Of a DNA stretch of 64,000 bases, positions 63,130 to 64,000 are shown in pieces. Both the position numbers and the translations under genes were made by a program. Each line of letters opens with the position of its first letter. The stretch's first letter is position 1. The notes under the pieces were generated by a model, which saw nothing but the letters and a program-made list of their open reading frames with translations, was not told the origin of the DNA and did no database searches. This stretch comes from Octopus sinensis. Taxonomy: Eukaryota. The stretch spans positions 4,340,001-4,404,000 of the forward strand of contig NC_042998.1 of NCBI RefSeq assembly GCF_006345805.1. Reading direction: 5' to 3'.

Positions 63130-63215
<86 letters not shown>

Positions 63216-63420
63216 GCATACATATACATATGCAGATAGATATGTGTGTGCATGTATATATCCATATATACGTATATACGTACATATATCGATATGTGTG
63301 TGTATTTATACACTCACTCGCATACACACATACAAATTAACTTTCTATATTATCTCTCGAGATATGTGTGTGCATGTATGTGTCTGTGTCTGTCTGTGTG
63401 CGTGTGTGTGTCTGTGTTAG
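63130..63420. repeat. (TA)n/(TG)n microsatellite complex
   Basis: Visible. Confidence 0.95.
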
Positions 63421-64000
63421 TAATGAGAAGAACACGGGTGGTTTTAGAACAAGAGGATTTGCTAAATAAAACTTATGTCGACTTCTAATATGTTGAGATT
63501 AACTACAGGAGTGTTTAAACTGCATAGATTTCCATGCCAAAATAATAGTAAAACAACCTATTTTCGTATTAAACTCAAGTCCATTCCTTCTCTCTCTCTC
63601 TTTCCCTCTCTCTCTGTTTGTCTGTCTTTCTTTCCCCCTCTTTCATCCTCCGTGTTTACATGCATCGATAGATAGGCGACTATAAAAAAACTTTATATTG
63701 TTTGTATCCATTTGTAGCGAAGACAATCACCCTTCGTAAAGATTTCCCTGTATATTTTCATGACGATTTCTTTTATAATTTTTACTTAAAAGTTGACGCT
63801 ATGCTATACTCGGCCACAATTTAAGGCGACTAATACATTTTGGTGATATAATATTCTCTAAATCGAGTCATTATTTGTGCATATAAATAACAGATGAAAG
63901 TTGATAAAGTGGAATATTGTTTAAAGTTACGTATTAAAATAGAAACACTGTCAACAAATTTGCACTTCAAATATAGAATCGGAAGTCGATGAATTATATC

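Noticed and set aside
62794-63327. 177-aa minus-strand ORF
   Set aside because: Starts in (TA)n, and the remainder is the antisense of the hammerhead-bearing repeat.

Overview
Eukaryotic, AT-rich, repeat-dominated DNA. The SINE families and dense (TA)n/(TAA)n/(TATC)n microsatellites are consistent with an Octopus-like cephalopod genome (inference). Almost all ORFs in the six-frame track are microsatellite or transposon artefacts. The supportable content is: (i) many R4/Dong-type non-LTR retrotransposon pieces from at least four families, nearly all in (TAA)n-type microsatellites, including a near full-length but inactivated copy at 49523-53352 (-); (ii) a recurrent ~555-bp non-coding element that shares that niche; (iii) three tRNA-derived SINE families; (iv) mariner derivatives, two Helitron derivatives, a MITE with telomere-like repeats and a ~640-bp foldback palindrome; (v) one plausible terminal coding exon of an unidentified membrane-anchored protein (34125-34390, -). 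The most interesting signal is three different minimal type-I hammerhead ribozyme motifs (16324-16361 -, 43382-43424 -, 62984-63028 +). Each lies in a different (TA)n-associated, ORF-less repeat and is followed by a polyA-signal-like hexamer, which suggests several non-autonomous Penelope-like/retrozyme families. All alignments, folds and coordinates were read by eye; expect boundary errors of a few to tens of bases.
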